Position numbers and translations under genes: made by a program. Shown piece by piece: positions 1-13,868 of a stretch of DNA of 64,000 nt. The stretch comes from Phoronis australis (Eukaryota; Animalia; Phoronida), in assembly GCA_002633005.1 (NCBI GenBank), contig NMRA01000321.1, forward strand, positions 182,724-246,723, given 5' to 3'. The notes under the pieces were generated by a model. That model was not told the DNA's origin and did no database searches. It saw only the letters and a list, made by a program, of their open reading frames with translations. Position 1 is the stretch's first letter. Each line of letters begins with the position of its first letter.

Positions 1-2152
1 GCATTTTGGAAACGAACATTTGACTGCCAAGACCGCAATGGCTCACCTTTGGCCTATTTAAAGATTGAGGTCATGAATTGGAGCGTGCGCAGTATAAAAA
101 AGTTGAGTTCACGATTTTGGGAACTGAAATAGGGACTGCTCGAAGAAAAAGTTTCATAACGGGAGTATTTGTTCGAGTTGGAAGGAATTAAACACATCGA
201 CAACCTCCTAAGGTGTTCCTCTATGCGCAAAAGGTATTTGTAACAACGTGACTTTGATGGTTTAGTCGGTGCGAGGCATAATTCGCCGAAAAGCTTCCGG
301 CGTACAGAGCGCCTATAGCCTCTACATCGCCTCTGCTTCGGGCGAACAGAGGCGATGGTCATCATTGCCTAGTCACAAAGATGATGTCAATACACCAGTT
401 AACTGTGATAGGTCAAGAAACTGAATGGGGGTTTCTGATGGGGGCACATAATGTGGGGGGCATAAAATGTGTAGTAATTAAAGTGGTTGTGTGGCCATAA
501 ATGAATCAAAGATATATTACACAATAAAGTACATGCATTGAACATATCTAATAGGCAGTTTGCTCATTTTACGCCGTCTTTAAGTGAAATTCATCTAACA
601 GCATTGATACCCGCACAGAGTGAGGCAAAATAATCACTGACTTGTAAACTGCTTACCTTTGCTAGTGACAAGTTGCAAGGAGCGAGCGAGAGGTGTTACA
701 ATGATTTTCATTGGCTACCAAAGATATTCTACTCAGACCTTGGCTCACCTCACGCTTCTGCATTGTTTTATTTTTACAGTCTTGGTCTGGACACATGTCA
801 TGTTTAATACTCTGAGGATTTAGGCTCGCCAGCTGAAAGTATACTCCAACAACATTCACCTCACCACCATCTTTCCTTGATCCCAATGAATTGTCCAGGT
901 TGTGAATGGTGAATTGGGGTTACAGAATTTCCAAAGCAAACACAAAACCCTGAATTCAAGGAGGCTTAATAGTTGACATGGCGGATTTCACCTGTGCTTT
1001 CTCTTGTACGCCTGTCGAAGGTAAAATATTGAGTTTGTGCAAGCAACCCCTGTGACAAAATCAAGAAATTCGTCTGCACTTAAGACTTCCATTTACGTAT
1101 AATTTACTTCAACTTATAGATCATTTTAATTATCACTTACTAGTAACATAGAATGGGAATGCAAGATTTAACCTATCTTGTGTTTGATCTTGACTTTGTG
1201 GACTACTCTTGTTTGAAGTACAATGAACACTTGGCTTTGGTGGAAATTTCTGTTGTCAGACCATACATTTAGTTGCAGGAAATTAGGTATCGGCAACTGC
1301 CGGTTTTCGCAGTAACATGAGGAGAATTTCTCGCTTACACTGGTCACAGCGCTGATCGCCTAAGCCCCAGTCAATTTTATGATGCCTATTCAGCACGCTT
1401 TTTGTATTGATGTACATCTGAGCTTATGAAGTGGAAAGGTAATAGTGAGCACTTCTTTCTTTACAATGGTGGTTGCTATTACACCCAAATTGTTTTTTTT
1501 TTCTGATATTTGCACTGAGATGAGATGAAGCCTGCACTGTGGAGAGTAGTTTTAACTTGGTACATTTTAAATATAACAAAAGACTAAAAAATTAATTTGC
1601 GGTGATCTTGACAAAGGGCCACTTCCCAAAGTAACGTTGGTTTTGAATATGTTTCATGCCTGTTTCCATTACTTTATTTATAATACTCCTGTCTACTCGT
1701 TTTTTTTTCTTACAGATTATTGTTGGTCTTTTTTTGTTTTTAAAAGAAGTATCAAAACAACTCATATAAGTCGGTTAATTGTGAACCCATCCCTGAATTT
1801 TCCAGATTACAGCTACACCAAACAAGTCGCAGCAAACAAAACTACACGTGTCATTAGTTCAATTTCAACCTTTATTAGAACTCGAATCATAAAATATATA
1901 CATAAGTGCAAATATGGTGATACCCAAACTGAAGATTTGGAACCTCTGGACAATTTTGGTTGCAGTAACTATATAACTATTCTAGCTTTTTCTCAGTCAT
2001 AGAAAATGTAATCACAGCTCTTGCCCACCGACCAACCTCATCCACTGCCCGCTTTCGTTGACTACAAAGCATGCTATGAACATTCCCACTAAATAAAATT
2101 GGTTCTAACCCCGGTGTTTAAGGTAAACGGCGGGGTATGGAAAATTGAACTA

Positions 2153-3519
2153 GACCGTATTTATCCACCTTGGCTGAGACGCGCTCGGCTCATGCTCAAA
2201 GGGATGCCGCCAAGCTGCTCTATTCATCGAGTCACGAGCGAGGATAATTGACTTCGCTCATGCGGATATGATCAGCTGATTACAGTCTAGCCTAACAACT
2301 GTACTTTTTATGGAGAGAATTTTACGTAGTTTTTACTGTAATATTTGAAAAGAGGAGCGAAAACAAATACGAATACAACTTTGAATTTTTCAAATCGGCC
2401 CAGGATAAGAGATTTTGCAACACAGAAACACTCACGATTACTTTCATTCGGCGCGCACGAATACAAAAATATAGGACCCAAGTTAGGATTGTATAAATGT
2501 AGAACTACTCCGTGTGTTATTTAGGTTTTGGAAAAAATGCATTTTAATACTCAAAATACGTTTTGTATAGCTATTACAAGCTCTAAAACGACTTTGTGTA
2601 ATTTCATTGAGATCGTTCTTTGTCATCCGTCAAACCGGAAACTTCCGAGATGTGACTCTGCGAGCGCACTCACCTTGCACGTTACAGCCGTTTAAGTGAA
2701 AAACAATCTAGTAAACGCCATTTTCTTGCATAATCCTCCGCCTTTTGTAACAAAAAAGTCTATCGTCGATGACCCGCACACGCACGCTCACTCACTCTCA
2801 TACGCAGACGACCTTCAAAACAAACGTCACGTGACAACAACATGTGTGTTCATCCAGAGATTTTTCTCGTGTTGTGGAGTACGATGTAGCGCACATTTGG
2901 ACTTAATCGCAATTAATCTGGACTCCACAGGAACTTTAAAAATTGTAAAACATCAGGAAGATTTCAGGTAATTTGTTGAGTCGAAACTATATTTTTATTC
3001 AAGAGTACAAGTTTTCCTATTGACGATCGCGATTCAGCGACGCATCAGTCGGCAAGTTTTCGCCCTGTGATGAGCACAATTTTTTGAAAAATTATCGTAA
3101 TTTAACAACGGAAGTTGATAGCAATGCACCACAATTTTGTAGAAAGGCTGTCATAGGCTACAAATACGTCACAGAGCGTAAATTTGATGAATCCTAGCTT
3201 CCGATTTTACCCGTTTGGGAAACCGGGTTTCAACTGCCGTAGGCTCACTACAATAAGCGTCCCCTCCCCGTGAAATGAATTTTTCTAAGCGTTTGTTTGA
3301 GCCAATACAGTATACAGCTTTCCACCAAGGCTAGGTGATGCAAGACATTATTACTTGTTCTTTGTTGCATTATAGTAACTGGTCTTGGCTAATTATCATT
3401 TTATGGCCTGGTCATCCATTCAGCCCAAAGTAGTTCCAAAGGTGGCTTATCAGCCAATTATTCACGCATGCTGACTCACAATAGAAGCCTGATAAGAGTG
3501 AAGGTGGATAAATGCGGTG
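2153..3519. mobile_element. Non-autonomous DNA transposon with ~100-bp imperfect terminal inverted repeats (superfamily unassigned)
   Basis: accgtatttatccacctt (from 2154) is the reverse complement of aaggtggataaatgcggt (3501-3518) with 1 mismatch. Weaker inverted similarity continues inward (ctctatt..gagtca..ataattg). No TSD recognisable. Confidence 0.5.
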
Positions 3520-4249
3520 TTCCTACAGTTTCTTGTTTTAGTGGATGTGTTCACGACATGAGCTAGCCATCTTCTTGTCGTCACACGTGTTCCATTACAA
3601 CTACAAGTTAACTATCGAAATTGGCGCATTTCCGCGAATATCAATTTTCCGGTTAGTGTACTACACCTGAGTAAATTAAGTAGTTCGGCATGCACTGGGC
3701 CATAAGCGATGTCTTAAAAGTTATAAGTTATTGACATCTAATTTAGTCACTGTGTGTTGTTTATAGATGTATCAATTTAGCTTAGTCGCATATTAAAAGA
3801 ATAATCCACGTGATATTGTTAACTATGATCAGCTTTTGTAAATCCACCGATTATATCATGCGCACAGTCGTTTATCTTCAATCGTACCCTAAGTTCGTAG
3901 TTTTTAGAAATCGAAAATCAAACTTGGTTGTTTTTTCCATCTGAATACCGCTGTGGTATTAGTTTTTAACGAAAACTGTTGGTTAATGCATTTTGAAAAT
4001 TCGCCAGTATCTGCAGAGAAGTTTACTGCTGTTTAGAATCGGGTAATTACACTTAAATGGGCCTTGCTTGCATCGGACAATGCGGTCATCGCAACCGAGT
4101 CCGACTCTGGCGCCGGGCTGTCTTTGATCCTGGTAAAAGCCGATCAGAGGGACGAGCGATGAAAAGTCACGCATATCTTTAGAAATGCGTGACTTTCGTG
4201 TAAGAGTGTTTTTCACGGCATGATCATAAGTTAGTGATTCTTCGGTTTT

Positions 4250-5756
4250 AAACAAGGTTATTTTACAAACTCAGAGTTTAAATACATTCATACCGAAATT
4301 AAATTATGTTAAGGGCACTCAATAGCTTTCGTAGGCGGGCTAAAACAGAGCTTCGGAATTGCTTCTGTACTGTCTACGAGAAATCCGGATGTGTACGAAA
4401 GTCGTCTACCATGAACGTCAAAAAATAACCTTGATGGGTTTCAACATTTTTGTTTGCAAATCACCACTCGAAGGTAGTTTAATGTGAAAAAGTGAAAGAA
4501 GGTATTCAAAAATTTGTTTGGTGCTGATTATATTAAGTTCCATGCACATTTTATTTTATAATGTAGCGTAGCGAGTGACGTCAGTGGTGATTGAGGAACA
4601 GATAAACTCAAATGTCTGGTTTATATTTGCCGGTTTCGCGCCAGCATGACTCTATTTGACTTCTTTAAAGTATGATAACGAAAGAATACTTCTCTCTAAG
4701 CAATTGAAAGTAACTGCTGAGCATCAGTTTTCATGAAACACCTGCTAGTAGAGAAAGATTGAGAACATTGCGAGGCTGAGACACAGACCCTAGCGGTGTA
4801 TGCCTTGGGGGGTTCCTCTTTGATTGAATTTTTTGTTTATTTGCGTAACTCTTTTTAGGGCTTTCTCCGTAAAATAAGTTAAGTACACAGAGTTTACATG
4901 GTTGTTCTAGGGATCAAGCGGAGTTAAAAGTTTGCTTCTGCAACCCGTTTATCCCATGCAAAGTTGCTTTGCTTAAGTTTGAATTCGAACCCCGAAACTG
5001 TTGTGCTGTGGGGCTTTAAAGATGGTTATGAACCTTCATATGTTTATTATATGCCCATTTTACATGTTCAATCTAATTTTAGTTGTTTCACAACGAAAAT
5101 CCATACGCCCAAATATCAAAATCCAAAACAATGCGGGCTATTGGTGATCTTACGATAGTAAACAATCCCTGTTTTGTTGCTATGTTTACTTCTTTGACAA
5201 CATTGCTGACCTTGTACACGCGCGACATCGTGCAATTTAAGAAGCACTCAGCCTCGTCTCCTAGCCTCAAGATGGTGTTGATCAGTTAAGTCATTTGAGG
5301 CTTCGTAATGCCAAAGATTTTATAGTTATTTTATAGTATCTTTGCTAATGCGGGGAAATAACATGAACAAGAACCTTTTCTTCTTGTAAGTCACAGCTGC
5401 ACATGCAATAGGATTGGAATGACCAACAAAGCGAAGGTTCTAGGAGTTAAAAACCTGAAGCATTGAAAAAAACAAACCTGTTGTTTCGTTATACCCACAA
5501 ACAGCATCAATGGCCCTGTGCATGGCCAACAGTCTGTCAATACTGGCACTTTATAGGGCCGAAACCGGTTTTTGGTTTATAGGGCCAGTAATGACCTGGT
5601 ACTGGCCCTTTACTGGTCCGAAATCGCAATCTTATACCGGCCCAATACCCAGCGGGTGTGCAAAATGTTATTGAGCCACTACTGGCCTACATCACTGGGT
5701 CAATACAGAAGACAGTTCGGGGCCAGTATTGGCCCAGTACCTGCATGTTTACAGGG
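4250..5756 (+). mobile_element. Partial (right-hand) copy of the CACTA/EnSpm-like element at 52957-56940
   Basis: 4250-5310 aligns by eye with 54525-55610. 5366-5400 matches 56629-56663. 5506-5756 matches 56686-56940 and ends in the same terminus (catgtttacaggg). Confidence 0.8.
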
Positions 5757-7018
5757 AAGACTAAGTTAAAATCCTCATGGTTTATTTCCCCTCAGACGTG
5801 AACTATGGGTTGAACTCGTGCAATCTTGGTGAACCTTATGGGTTAGTGCACATTGAGGCACACGGTAAAAATACGCTTGCTTGGAGATTTTACTAATGTG
5901 CATATCAGCTTTTGAAATGTAGTGACTAGTGAACTGAATTTATTTTATTCGTGAAATTTGATTTTCTAGTTTTTCGTGCAACGTGTATCGTTAATACTGT
6001 ATGGCACAAGTTGAACACAATTTCAGGGTTTGACGCGTATCACGACTGACATAATACGGCGTTATTAACGCCTTGGACTCTTGTGCCCAGTTTCATGAAA
6101 CAGTCCCAAACAGTAAGGTCCTTAAATCTAATGTGGACTTGTGAAAACACTGATGGTCCTTTCTTATGCTGTTTAGTTTCATTACTAAGTCACCTTTTGA
6201 CTTTGATACAAAGCGATGGAGAATTCTACGTTGAATTCTCAATATTATTGAATATTCATTATTTATTTTAGTGCATCGCAGCATAAACTAAACTAAACAC
6301 GCAACACTGACATCCTTGGTCTTGGTTGAACGTGCTGGATGAGATAACTGCGGTCGTAAACCTACACGCAAAGTCAAAAACCAAACAATACGTCAGGCAG
6401 GAGACCAACATGACTATTTTTAAATTTGAAAAGTGATCATTATAGTCGTCTTTGAAAGTTTAAAATCGATGCGAGAAATTCAATAGATTTTCTTCAGAAT
6501 CACGGCTAAGCAACGAGCATTAATCGATTAGAACGGGTTAGTCACAGTTTGGCTTGGGTTCGCTGAGACGTTGACTTAAACAAATCCCCAAAAGGTAGAG
6601 TAGGGTTTGCCTCCCTCCCTCAATATTCCGGCTGTTAATAAGTATAGATACTTGTAATTATCGGGAATTTCCGAAAACAGACCCAGTCAAAAGTACGCTT
6701 ATCAATTGAGTTTCAGCAGTTTCTGCTAACCTTGCGTGATCTTGTTTCCCTATATGCCACTATTGGCGCTGTCAGTACTCTAACTCGCAAAGCTCCTACT
6801 AATCTTGCTATCATAAACATCACATCAGCATTTTAATGTCTATGCTCGCTATTGGTTATTACAATCGTAGAATATCAGCGCTTCTGCTAACCTTGTGTGA
6901 TCTTGTTTAGCCTATTTGCCAATACTTGTAGTGGCGCCAAATAACCTAGCACTATTTAGCGGTACAAAATCGCTGGGGGAAGATTCGACAGTATGTTAGC
7001 GCGGTCATCACAAACCTT

Positions 7019-7273
7019 GGGCCCGTTCAAAGAAAACTGACTTAGAATAGCTAACGGACAAATCTTAAATGTCATCCAATTTCATGATAAAACTTAAATT
7101 TGTCTTAGGTCCGGTTCAAGTAAGAGATCTTACGTGTGATTTACTTTTTTACTTAAGTTTTGTCTTAATTTTGGCAAAACTTACGGGATATGGAAGTTTC
7201 AAGGTTTGGAAGTTCAGACAAATCTTAGACTTAAGTAAAAATGAGCTTAAGTCAGTTTTTTTGGAACGGGTCT
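7019..7273. mobile_element. MITE, PIF/Harbinger-like
   Basis: TIRs ggcccgttcaaagaaaactgactta and taagtcagtttttttggaacgggtc; ~250 bp, non-coding. Confidence 0.65.
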
Positions 7274-8959
7274 CTTATACCTAAAATTACCATTCTTGGT
7301 GTCTAAATTGTTAACCCGGCTAAGTAAAGCCAATCTTGCGCCCGGCCATGGGTGAGCGTTGGTAATCCTCATTGGTATACTGTCAATTTCTGTAGCTGTA
7401 GCCCTGTGGATAGCTTTCGACTCAAATAAACTGAAAACCAGAAAGCCCAACAAAAAGGTCCCTTGCCTAGTATATGTTTGTCTGATCAACCCGTGCCAAG
7501 TTTGTCATGAGACAAATTACCCTGGTGTGATCAGTTCAGTGGGAAGTTTGGAGTATCATGGGATATCAAAAAGCGTGAGAACAGCATTTCTTTCAAGTCC
7601 ACAACTAACTAGTGCCACCTGGCGATAGATATCGTAACAGCATTTAAAAGCTGCTACTAACTCGCATTTATTTCGTACTGAAATAATAAATTTTCATTTA
7701 TACGACTTTGGGCCCAGAAATATGAAAGACGAACCAGTCATGGACACTCTAATTATCTTACACTCACCGTGACCATACAACACCATAGGCGTAGGAAGCG
7801 GAGGGCTGACTAGCGATCGTACCATAGTTGGTCCGACTACGTAAGCTCAATGCGAAAGTTTGCCGTCCTAACTTATCTCCCCAATTCACGTGAGTGCGGA
7901 GTTCTTTCCGTCAGGGTATTAGCCAGGATGATTGATACCGCCCGTCGAAAATCCGGAGATTTGTCAGGCGCATGATTTGCGAGGCACGCAGTGTGGAGTG
8001 AGGGGAGGTCGGAGGATCCATCCTGCCTAGGTAACTTTTGATTTTTGTCGTTGAAAGGTAGCATTTTTCTTGACTTATGTGGAATAAATTTGCTAATTTT
8101 GCTTGTTAGTATGTTTTGTTGAACGCAACACCCTAACTTTGCAACTATATTGCGTTTCCGACGTTTTTTTGTTTTGTTTTTTTTACAGTGCACTTGTGGA
8201 TCGAGGGATATAAACAGTCTTCTGAAATACTCTGTTCACATCGGATCCGCCGGCGTGAAAAAGACCACTCTTGCACAGGGCTCGACGGTTGCCTGGGCCC
8301 GACACTGAGCAGGTATCTGCACCCGGACGAGTGAAAGTTCAAGTTACTTGCCCAGCCGTCAAGTTGCATAAAAGTTTTGTTTGGAATTTTTGCATGACTC
8401 CCTTTGAACATAATTTTTCGTTTATTAAGCAGTAGCGGTTCAATTGGGGAGTGCGCGTTAATAATGACTAAGCCGGAGATTTTATAAATTACTTGATTTA
8501 AATCAACATTTTGCCTTAAAAGCATCACTTCCTAATTTCAGAATTGGATAGGAACTTCAAAACTATTAAAATGTATTTTGTAAGTTTAATCAATGTGACT
8601 AAAAAGTAGGAATACAGGTTTCTTGGTTTTAAATTTAATATTAATACGAAAAAACACTATTTGGTCAGTTTTTCTAAAAACAGAGTGTACGAAAAAAGCA
8701 AGCAGTCAAAATTTCATTCTACTTGAATTCAACCAGAACATAAGCTCAATCAAGCAGCCAATACAGATAATTTGTTGAACTTTCTGTTAAATAGTTTCAC
8801 AAAATTGGTAATTTACCGAAATTTTACCCAAATTATTTTCGTAGTTTTAAAAATTTTTGAGCACTGCTGGGTACCTGATTGAGTTTAGTATTTTCTGACA
8901 CTACTTTCATGAAAATATATGCTTCTCTCATGCACCTATGTTTTTAAACTTCATCAAAA

Positions 8960-9520
8960 TCGTCATCATCATCATCTCTACCATCTAATGTCAGTGGGAC
9001 CACTGCTATCGCAGTTACAACACCTATACAGATCCGAGCATGGCAGATTTGAGACAAAACATTGGCAGGGGTTTACTGAGCCGTAATTGGGTTGTTTTAC
9101 ATGAGCATACCACTGACTTGATAACACAATTGGGTAGTGAATCTGCAGACATCCAAACATACTAGGTCGTCATCAACCTTCCAACAATGACCATCTGGTG
9201 AGGGAGCATACATGAATGGAGTTGGAGACAAGCGGTGCACCCTCTCTTAGTAGTTGCAGACTTTTATATGATGCAAGTGGTAAGTTTTCTCAGATGAAGG
9301 TAAAACACAAAAATGTATCTCGCTTCATTGACACTGTGGTAATTCTGGCCGTACAATTTGCACACAAATAATTCCAGAGAAGGGGAGGGACTTTTGAAAA
9401 GCTGGAATACAGCACCCAGCTCTTGGAATGCTTTCAGAAAATTCGAATCTGATAAAGCCAGCTGCAACACCTTCTTTTCCCCTTACCAAAGAATGCACTA
9501 GTGCTGTCACAACCTGTAAA
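8960..9520 (-). pseudogene. Academ-type transposase C-terminal remnant (XPG-like nuclease plus Cys-rich tail), frameshifted
   Basis: Minus-strand fragments in order: FTGCDSTSAFFGKGK, LELFVCKLYG..SVNEARYIF, GHCWKVDD, CQCFVSNLPCSDLYRCCNC. These match the GCDxxSxFxGKGK motif and C-terminal Cys cluster of Academ proteins. Confidence 0.7.
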
Positions 9521-10212
9521 TAAAATCATCGCATCACTTTCAGTGTCGATTTGAAGGGGCGCTAAATTCACTCTTGAAGATTGAATTCAAAACCCGTTTT
9601 GGAACGGCACCTGAGTTAATTTAAGTAAATGGATGATAAAAACTACAACGCGCTTCCAAAAATTCCTCATTGTGTCTTAAAAGGAATTCCCAATGATTGA
9701 AGCAGACAGACTTAGTCGTAACTCAGCCAAAAATGTGTGTTAAAGAAATTTTCAGTGGCGAAACCGAGTTTAGTGCCCTAAGTACTTTAGTTTTTACAAT
9801 AAAATGTAATGTATATAAATATTTAGTGTGTACATGTCGAAGCAAAGTGTTTAAAATATTATTGATAAAGCGGCCAGCAACAAATAATAAACAAGTTTGC
9901 ATATATTGAAATTTCCTTTTCTCAGTTTTAATTCTATCAAAACCGATTTAGAGTATATCACATGGATTTCATTGAATTTAAAATAACCCTTACCTGTAAA
10001 TACATGCAAGCCAGTGACTGCTAAACAGATGTCTGATGACAAATTGTAACCGCTTCCTCGACATCAATTATTCTACACTTACTCTTCGTAACAGTACTGA
10101 AGAATAACTTGCATAGGACTTTGTCTTGAAGATACAGAGCTCTTATTTCCACATACTTATCCACGAATAGTGACGCTTACATGCGAATGTCTAGTATGAA
10201 AAGCATTGAGAT

Positions 10213-10312
10213 ACATTCTGGTGTCAGATTCTTCGTAGTCAGAGGCCAGTTCGTCAACATTCTGGTGTCAGCTTCTTCATGTCAGAGGCCAGTTCGTCAA
10301 CATTCTGGTGTC
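10213..10312. repeat. Tandem repeat, ~43-44 bp x2.3
   Basis: Unit acattctggtgtcag(a/c)ttcttc..gtcagaggccagttcgtca. Confidence 0.8.
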
Positions 10313-10457
10313 GGCTCACAATGCTTGGATTCCAGACTACTTTAACATTTACTTTTGAAATCACCTTTGAAAATACGTTAAAATGCGCTAAACAGTTGTC
10401 CCTTCCTGGTTATCTCTTCCTGGTAATATGTAATTTTATGTTGACAATCCATATTTT

Positions 10458-10660
10458 CAGATTGGCAATTCGTAATAAAGGATTGGCAATCGGTAATTAC
10501 AGAATGTCAATCCGTTTAACTGATTGGAAATCTGTAATAACAGGCTAGCAATTCGTAATTAGATTGGCAATCCGTATTAACAAACTGAAAATTCGCAACG
10601 ACAGATTTGCAACCCGTAATAACAAATTGGCAATGCGTATAGTTACAGGTTGACAATTCG
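10458..10660. repeat. ~21-bp minisatellite (about 10 diverged units), probably a subterminal array of a MITE
   Basis: Consensus approximately agattggcaatccgtaataac, contiguous with no spacers. Confidence 0.75.
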
Positions 10661-12127
10661 ATCTTGTAGTGTGGTAATCTGCAATAGAAGATTCGTTTTT
10701 CTTGGCACACCCTCGTAAATGGGCCCTCGTTGGGTTATGAGAAATTGCCAAACGTTATGCTTCCCAACACAGTCTAAGCTGCCCTAAAATAATTATGGGA
10801 GGCCTCGCTTTACGTGACTGAACGGCGTGCAGTGAAACCTCAGATGATCGTCATTCTATATAATCTTTTAAACAACCCACATCCCAAAAAATGCGTAATA
10901 TTTCATATTGCTACCTTGGCCTGAAATTTCCAGACAAGAACGCTTAAACTTGGTATATTTTAGTTCATCATAAAGTAACGCCTTTATTTAAGCTTTTATC
11001 GCTTGTGACAATGTATTTCGTGAAAGTTGAAAGCCTATAAAAGTTGGTTTTTAACCATTTTGCCAACTACTGGGTCAGCCGTGACATTTGTTGAACCTTC
11101 ATGCAAAGGTGGAACAATTTACACAAACCATAAGAACAGATTGGGGAGTGATTCATAAGCCAATTTTCACATGGATTCAACCATAGGCGAATTTAGGGAG
11201 GTAGGGGGCACGAGGCAAGGGTAAGAGCATCAAGAGCATGAGGAAATATTTAGTTTATTAATTAACCCCTGGTTATTCATATCATACGGCTGAAATAAGA
11301 TTTACAACGCGTGCAGTTTTAGTTTGTGTGTGCGTGTGTGTGTACATGTACATGTATGAGTGAGAGCTAGGGTGGGTCTCAGACATGATTTCAAGTGTCC
11401 GATTCAGACATCCGGCGCAATCGTAACGGAACTAAGGCTAAGTAATTGTGCTCCCGGTTAATGCGCGCGTGATATCCCAGGTGAGTGACAGTGGCGCTCC
11501 ACACTACCATTCTGTTTCTCTCGTCTGCTCCGGTGTGAGCACTAGGAAGAATATTTCATTTTTTTCAAAGAAAACGAAAACTGAGTAACGATGAAGAAAC
11601 AGAAGCTGCTGGTAATATGTAAATTTTTATCGAAGCCTAAGTGAATCACTTAGAAACCTGCAAGTCTGTCTTTGTCATACATTAAACTAAGAGGGTATTC
11701 TAAGCAACCGTGTGGTTAATGCCAATACAACGCAAACATGGATTTGGTGTTTTGGGCAACTGCAGACAATTTTAATCACAACAACTTTTGCGACAAATTG
11801 GGTGCACAAAATATAAAGCGTGCAATAAGCACTACAGAAAGAACTAGGTTCGTGCGCAAACGCTGAGGACCATAAACAAGTACACAGCATGTCTCGTGAA
11901 ATTGCATGTTGAAGCGTGGTGGCGCAGGGGTAGACTACGTGCGCACTCGCAGAAAGGTCGTAAGTTCAATTCGGTGGCATTTACAAAGTTTTCAGTGGTG
12001 TTTTCTTTTTTCTTTGATAATACTTCAGAAATCACGGAAATGCTTGTTTTTAAAAGCAAAAACAAAATTTTCGCTGATTTCCCCCCATTTCGTTCTATGC
12101 GCCTCTACAGCCGTGCTTTGCACGATT

Positions 12128-12371
12128 ATATAATAAAAATAATTGCAGGCGGTCTGATACACGTTGTATCATACGTGCGCAGGCCTCGCATGTGGGCCCA
12201 TTGCACTGATCACCTGGAAATATGTTTATGCTTTATTGATATATGGTTAAAACCGAGCTGAGGAGCTAGAAACCTGGCTCAAGTGTTTAGCAGTGTGACC
12301 TGGTGGGATTTGAACCCACGACCTCGAGTAAAGAAAGCGGGCACTTATCAACGAGGCCACACTGCCTCCTC
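12128..12371 (-). mobile_element. tRNA-derived SINE, full length
   Basis: Minus strand has an A-box-like tggcctcgttga, B-box ggttcaaatcc, a structured 3' domain and an A/T tail. It is flanked by the 12-bp TSD ctttgcacgatt (12116-12127, 12372-12383). Related copies at 42716-42905 and 53652-53759. Confidence 0.85.
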
Positions 12372-13868
12372 CTTTGCACGATTGTTCACGAGACAAACTT
12401 TTGGGCCCCCTTTATGATATCCTAGATCCGCCATTTTCCACCAGTCATTTCTGATCAGTTTCCGAAGTTGACCGAATCTGGAATTATTCTATCGCCGTAC
12501 ACACAGGTATAACCTTACGGGCATCACTCAAGAAACAACCCCCTGTAGAAACAAGAAGTGAAGCTGACCACGTCCCGATCCCAGAATTTCACAGCGCGAC
12601 AGAATTGTATATCAGGTGACCTTAACATCACCCACCTCATCTGAACCAACCGCACGGCTGGGTGGAAATTTCATGTGCATATGGAAGCCTACCCGGCCCC
12701 TGCCAGTGTGCACTAAATGGAACCAAATATAACACATTCAAACAAACGCTCAACCTAGAAAATTTTCGGACTAGTGGCCTCTCGGAATAGTCAACCCTGG
12801 AACAATGAACCTTGGGAGTAGAGAAATTTCGGACGCGGGACTGACGAATGCTAAAATTATTACTATCGGCCATTGTTGCAATTGTTTGATGTTTCCCAAG
12901 AAGACACTATGTGGCGGAAAATGCTACTCCACGATTCATTTGATGTGCCTGTGTTTGAATGTTGATACTGTCGGATTTCGTGATGTTGCTGAGGGATTTC
13001 TAGAACTTGTCAGGTAGCGCACTACAGGGTTGGTGCTAATGTTGTCATTGGTGTTCGGGTGACAAAACCGATCGAGAAAGACTTTAAGCTTTGAAAGCAC
13101 GCACGTGCACTGAGTACATAATACTTCACAACTAACCAGAACGATAATCGTTCTGTTTCGATGAAATTAGAAAACCATTTTTCTAGCGTCGAGTCACATA
13201 CATGTAACTTAAAAAACAGACAACAATATTTGGTTCACATTTCTGTAGTTTTGGGTTAATCAGAAATCTATAACGTTTTATCATATACATTGCAAATTTT
13301 ATAGCTTGTAATCATCACGATATCTCTAATGATACAGTGTAGGATTATGGAATCCCGTGCGAACATTTTAATCAAACTTAGGAACAAGCACGAATGAGGC
13401 CATGAGCATTACAACCTCTTGGGAAAGTTCGGAGCAAAGGTGGGGATTAAAAAACTCAGTCATTGAAAGATCCTGAAAACACATCTGTAGAGTTGATGAA
13501 GTCAGGTCCCCATCAACAATGTGTAGATGCGCACTACTCTACGCTAACGCCATTTTATAGTAAACCACTGTCTGATAATCAACAGTTGACTTCTGATGAG
13601 GCCAAGGGAGATCAAAAGTCAATTTACCCCGCGCATTTCAAAAATTGACTAAAGTTAATTAATTACAATTATGCAGTTTAAAATTCACTTCAAAGGTGAT
13701 CATTGTCCAACAACAAATTGAAATCGACCAGGCGTTGATTTTTAAGGCTTTAAAAAGCTGCAGCAATTAACGGCAGTAATGTAATAAAGAGTTGGCTCAT
13801 CATTTGCGCTATTTGGCATGTTTAAAACTACGCGTCTTGCCCCACTCTCAACGTGATTGTGATTTCAG

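Noticed and set aside
54-2002. Short ORFs near the window start (and most other 60-130 aa ORFs in the track)
   Set aside because: No recognisable domains or splice-consistent structure; expected by chance.
7359-7456. Hydrophobic stretch VILIGILSISVAVALWIAF as the FReD transmembrane or signal exon
   Set aside because: In-frame TGA two codons upstream, no in-frame ATG and no convincing splice sites.
10458-10660. 21-bp array (and the 16-bp array at 24265) as a CRISPR-like locus
   Set aside because: Units are contiguous with no unique spacers, there are no cas genes, and the context is eukaryotic.
12290-12371. tRNA gene
   Set aside because: It is the head of a TSD-flanked SINE and does not form a full cloverleaf.
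13586-13623. CTGATGAG inside a hairpin as a hammerhead ribozyme
   Set aside because: No GAAA or stem II; the CTGAT is itself paired in a simple 12-bp hairpin.
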